64,000 nt of DNA. Origin: Phycisphaerae bacterium. Its GTDB lineage: Bacteria; Planctomycetota; Phycisphaerae; UBA1845. The first letter of the stretch is position 1; every line of letters begins with the position of its first letter. Made by a program: the position numbers and the translations under genes. Shown here piece by piece: positions 61,149 through 64,000 of this stretch. A model generated the notes under the pieces. It searched no databases. It saw nothing but the letters and a program-made list of their open reading frames with translations, and was not told the origin of the DNA. The stretch is taken from positions 64,001 through 128,000 of the forward strand of contig CAXXGO010000005.1 in NCBI GenBank assembly GCA_963666835.2, written 5' to 3'.

Positions 61149-61270
61149 TCGCCCGAAGCGCCCGCTCGGCCGTGCCCGATAATCGGAGACGGTGCCGGCG
61201 GTGATGGGCGTGGAATACCGGACCTTTAATCAGGGTAAAGCCCCTATGATGGGTGGTCGATGCAACCAAC

Positions 61271-61603
61271 ATGTCGGAAGAATACACAGGACCGGACCGC
61301 CGCTCGAAGCGCCCCGAAAGACGCGGTGCTACGGAGCGTCGTTCGGGGATGGATCGGCGGCGGGGGCCGGGGCGACGCAGGGGCGAGGTTCGCAAGGCCG
61401 CCGAAGAGGGCGAAATATCGGGCGAGCTGCTCGAGTTCATCATGGCCATTGACGAATACAAGCGCGTGAACGATCGCCCGTTCCCGTCCTGGTCCGAGGT
61501 CTTCGAGATCGTGCAATACCTCGGCTATCGCAAGGTGGCGGAACAAGCCGGGCACATCAACACGGCCAGCGGCTCGGAAGTGCTGGACGGCACGCCGGTG
61601 TAG
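61271..61603 (+). CDS. Small hypothetical protein with DRR/ERR repeats
   Basis: DRR..ERR..ERR..DRR, then EFIMAIDEYKRVNDRPFPSWSEVFEIVQYLGYRK. Confidence 0.7.
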   Translation: MSEEYTGPDRRSKRPERRGATERRSGMDRRRGPGRRRGEVRKAAEEGEISGELLEFIMAIDEYKRVNDRPFPSWSEVFEIVQYLGYRKVAEQAGHINTASGSEVLDGTPV

Positions 61604-61606
61604 AGT

Positions 61607-61733
61607 AAAAAGGGGTCGGGAGTCTTTTTTGGGCTCCCATCCGCCTCGCACGGCGCAACTTACGCGCAAACACCGCAGACCAACGCGAAGACAGGGAGGG
61701 GAATAGGAGCGAAAAGACTCCCGACCCCTTTTT
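61607..61733. repeat. REPIN/MITE-like element A3 (spacer inverted relative to A1/A2)
   Basis: AAAAAGGGGTCGGGAGTCTTTT...GAAAAGACTCCCGACCCCTTTTT between convergent genes. Confidence 0.85.
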
Positions 61734-62956
61734 CACTCAAATGCGTCGATCAGTTCCAGTCCCGACGTAGGGGGCAGCGGCAATGAGTCCGGCTTAGATG
61801 AGTCGAACCGCCGCTTCGTCACATTGGCGATGCACCGAACCGTGCCGCCGTGCACGAAGATCTTTGAAGCATCAATCCTGCGAACCTCAAACCCTTCCAT
61901 GCAATAGACCGCTTCGGCCATATCGTCGAGCGGTGGAATCCCGTAGAAAGGCATGTACACGATTCGGTGATGCCCGCGCTGCTCAATAAGCACATTGTCG
62001 TAGGTCAGCACCCAATTTTCGGATTGGTTGAAGACAACCGGCAACCGGAGTACGCGGTAACCTTCGGCTTCTAATCCGTCGGTAATATGATCGAGCTGAG
62101 GTTCGACAATATCGGTGGAGCAGGCACTTTCGAACAGACGCGCGTATTCGGCCTGCGCGACGGGGTCGTCACCCGCATCCCAAAGGAGCTGTTCGGCCAA
62201 CTGCTGACTCGCAACCAGGATGGTATCGTCGCTGATTGGTGTCAGGAACATGTCCACGTGTTCCCAGGGCGATGACCCTAGTTGATCTTCGACAACAAAA
62301 CACTCTCGACCCAGAACGCGGCTCAGTTCCCGCAGAACGAAATCTCTTGGTGCCAGCGAGTTGTCTTCGAAGACCGCCGAACTAACGAACACGTGGCGCT
62401 GATTCGAAACGACATTGCCCCCATCCAAGCGAAGCCAGGTTGTCAGCGGCATCAGATCGAGCTGGGCCTCACGAAGGACCCAGTAGGCGATGATCTCACT
62501 GGCCTGATAGTCCCAATGAACATCCCAGGCCGCGGGCACGAAGCTCGGTGCTCGATCGCCACTGCTCGGATCGTGTCGGGCTATACTGCGGTCGCGGGCC
62601 CAGGCGGATACGTCGATGCCGACGTTGATAACCTGGATCTTTCGGTCCGGGCCCATCCGGCCCCACGTATCGACGAAATGGCTGGCCGCTTCGTGCGACG
62701 GGCACAGGACCCGGACCAGGACGTCAGGTGGAAGTGCCCGGAGCAAATCCTCGTAGACCGGGTCAAGCTCTTCTTCCAGGATTGGGTCGTAATTGACCGT
62801 GATCTCCGAAATGGTCCCTTCGGTATCGGGCAAGACCGCGACTTGGCTTTCAGGCGAAACACCGTTCTGGTCGATCGTCGTTGCAGTGGGAAGCACCAAA
62901 GCCGCGAGCAACACCGGCAGAGTGAGGTACCTGTTCGGGAAAGAGGCTGGGTTCAT
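61733..62956 (-). CDS. Secreted pentein (agmatine/peptidyl-arginine deiminase-like) protein
   Basis: WARD, LDGGN, EHVDMF, TYDNVL, GGTVRC; N-terminal hydrophobic signal. Confidence 0.75.
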   Translation of the reverse strand: MNPASFPNRYLTLPVLLAALVLPTATTIDQNGVSPESQVAVLPDTEGTISEITVNYDPILEEELDPVYEDLLRALPPDVLVRVLCPSHEAASHFVDTWGRMGPDRKIQVINVGIDVSAWARDRSIARHDPSSGDRAPSFVPAAWDVHWDYQASEIIAYWVLREAQLDLMPLTTWLRLDGGNVVSNQRHVFVSSAVFEDNSLAPRDFVLRELSRVLGRECFVVEDQLGSSPWEHVDMFLTPISDDTILVASQQLAEQLLWDAGDDPVAQAEYARLFESACSTDIVEPQLDHITDGLEAEGYRVLRLPVVFNQSENWVLTYDNVLIEQRGHHRIVYMPFYGIPPLDDMAEAVYCMEGFEVRRIDASKIFVHGGTVRCIANVTKRRFDSSKPDSLPLPPTSGLELIDAFE

Positions 62957-63053
62957 TGCTGCCGGTTGTCTCCATGATCACTTTGAGCGACAAGTGTCTC
63001 CGATCAACATGAAAACAACGTGAAATTGACATGAAGTTCTCTCAATCCCCACG

Positions 63054-63228
63054 AAAAAGGGGTCGGGAGTCTTTTCCCGGGATACATCCGCCTGGTACAG
63101 AGAAACTAGCACACAAATATCGCAGATCAACACGCGAACAGAGGAGAATGGCCGGGTGGCACGCTCCACGCTCGTGTGGGCATGCTCGGCTGGGTGGCAT
63201 GTTCCACGCTTGTGTGGGCATGCTCGGC
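63054..63228. repeat. Partial element A4 (one arm plus spacer) fused to two tandem 37-bp REP-like units
   Basis: AAAAAGGGGTCGGGAGTCTTTTC at 63054; GGGTGGCAYGYTCCACGCTYGTGTGGGCATGCTCGGC at 63154 and 63192. Confidence 0.75.
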
Positions 63229-63258
63229 AGTTGGCGCCAGCTCCATCCCCAGCCCCCG

Positions 63259-64000
63259 AGTTCCGTCGACACCACCGATTTCCATTACGACAAGGCCGGG
63301 AACGTGATCCTCGATGACAAACGTTTCTACAAATACGACGCCTGGAACCGGGTCGCACGCGTCAGCGAACGAGGCACCCTGGCCGTGAGCGGCGACACCT
63401 TCACCGGCGCTGTCGGCGATCTTCTCAGCATTTTCTTCTACGACGCCCTCGGCCGGCGGATCAACAAGAGGGTGTACAACTCCGAAGCCCTCAACACGAC
63501 CGGCTACGGCGACTACTTCTACTACGACGGCCACCGCGTGCTGGAGCACCGTAAGACCAACGCGAGCGACACGGCCGTCGAGCCGCATCGCCGGTACGTG
63601 TACGGGTTGGATTATATCGATGAGGTGGTGGCGTATTACGACACCGGTGCCGCCGATCCGGACCCGCATTTCGTGCTGCAGGACGCCAACTACGACGTCG
63701 TGGGCGTGACCGATCACACCGGAATCCTGGAGCAGCAATATTCGTACGCCCCGTACGGAGCGTATCAGCACATCGAGGACGGATCCGGCAACGCAGAAGG
63801 CAACGGCCCTGCCGATCTAACCGAGCTGCTGATCCCCCTCGGCCGCAACGGCCTGTTCCTTGACCGCGAAACCGGCCTCTACTATAACCGCGCCCGCTAT
63901 TACGATCCCCTGCTAAGCCGCTTCCTGCAGGCGGATCCGAACGGGACGGGGTTGGTGCTGCAGGTGGCGCGTGCGCAGAGAGCGCGGAATCGAAGTATTG
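63259..64000 (+). pseudogene. 5'-truncated (orphan) Rhs/YD-repeat core fragment, running off the right edge
   Basis: Manual translation in frame 1: HYDKAGNV...KYDAWNR...FYDALGRR...YVYGLDYIDE...QDANYDVVGV...YAPYG...DRETGLYYNRARYYDPLLSRFLQADP. Confidence 0.8.

Noticed and set aside
48573..61263. sigma28-like promoters (TCAAG-16-GTCGAT at 48573; TAAAG-15-GTCGAT at 61236)
   Set aside because: Spacing and the -10 match are imperfect, so they cannot be supported without TSS data
63127..63771. 214-aa minus-strand ORF
   Set aside because: Antisense to the Rhs core, which carries the recognisable motifs

Overview
High-GC bacterial chromosome segment. The gene families (SUMF1-type 'VVIETVPVGNPGN' proteins, CxxCGYNLxGNxSGxCxECG membrane proteins, rpsP-trmD-rplS without rimM) point to Planctomycetota, probably Phycisphaerae (inference). 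From left to right: (1) a satellite/PICI-like integrative element at the 3' end of tRNA-Arg(ACG). It carries two paralogous OmpR-like winged-helix genes followed by 11-bp phased repeats, then alpA, a Toprim primase, a P-loop ATPase, an iteron-like cluster and a tyrosine integrase. (2) tatD-yraN-rplS-trmD-rpsP, a candidate stand-alone ~160-nt ncRNA, and nrdJ with an NrdR box. (3) An ~18-kb array of giant secreted Cys-rich proteases: two protein-identical 2000-aa S8 genes and one 1420-aa S1 (lysyl-endopeptidase-like) gene. All three share a ~1.6-kb 3' cassette, and SNPs show the middle copy is a recombinant. (4) Housekeeping and accessory genes (MCP, aminopeptidase, groES, btpA, LD-carboxypeptidase, rnpA, clpX, RluA, DEAD helicase, sucD, histidine kinase, tRNA-Arg(CCG)). 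These are interspersed with a ~125-bp REPIN-like inverted-repeat family; one copy marks a gene-duplication breakpoint and another abuts an orphan Rhs fragment. No CRISPR array or rRNA was seen. All calls come from reading motifs by eye; no searches were run.
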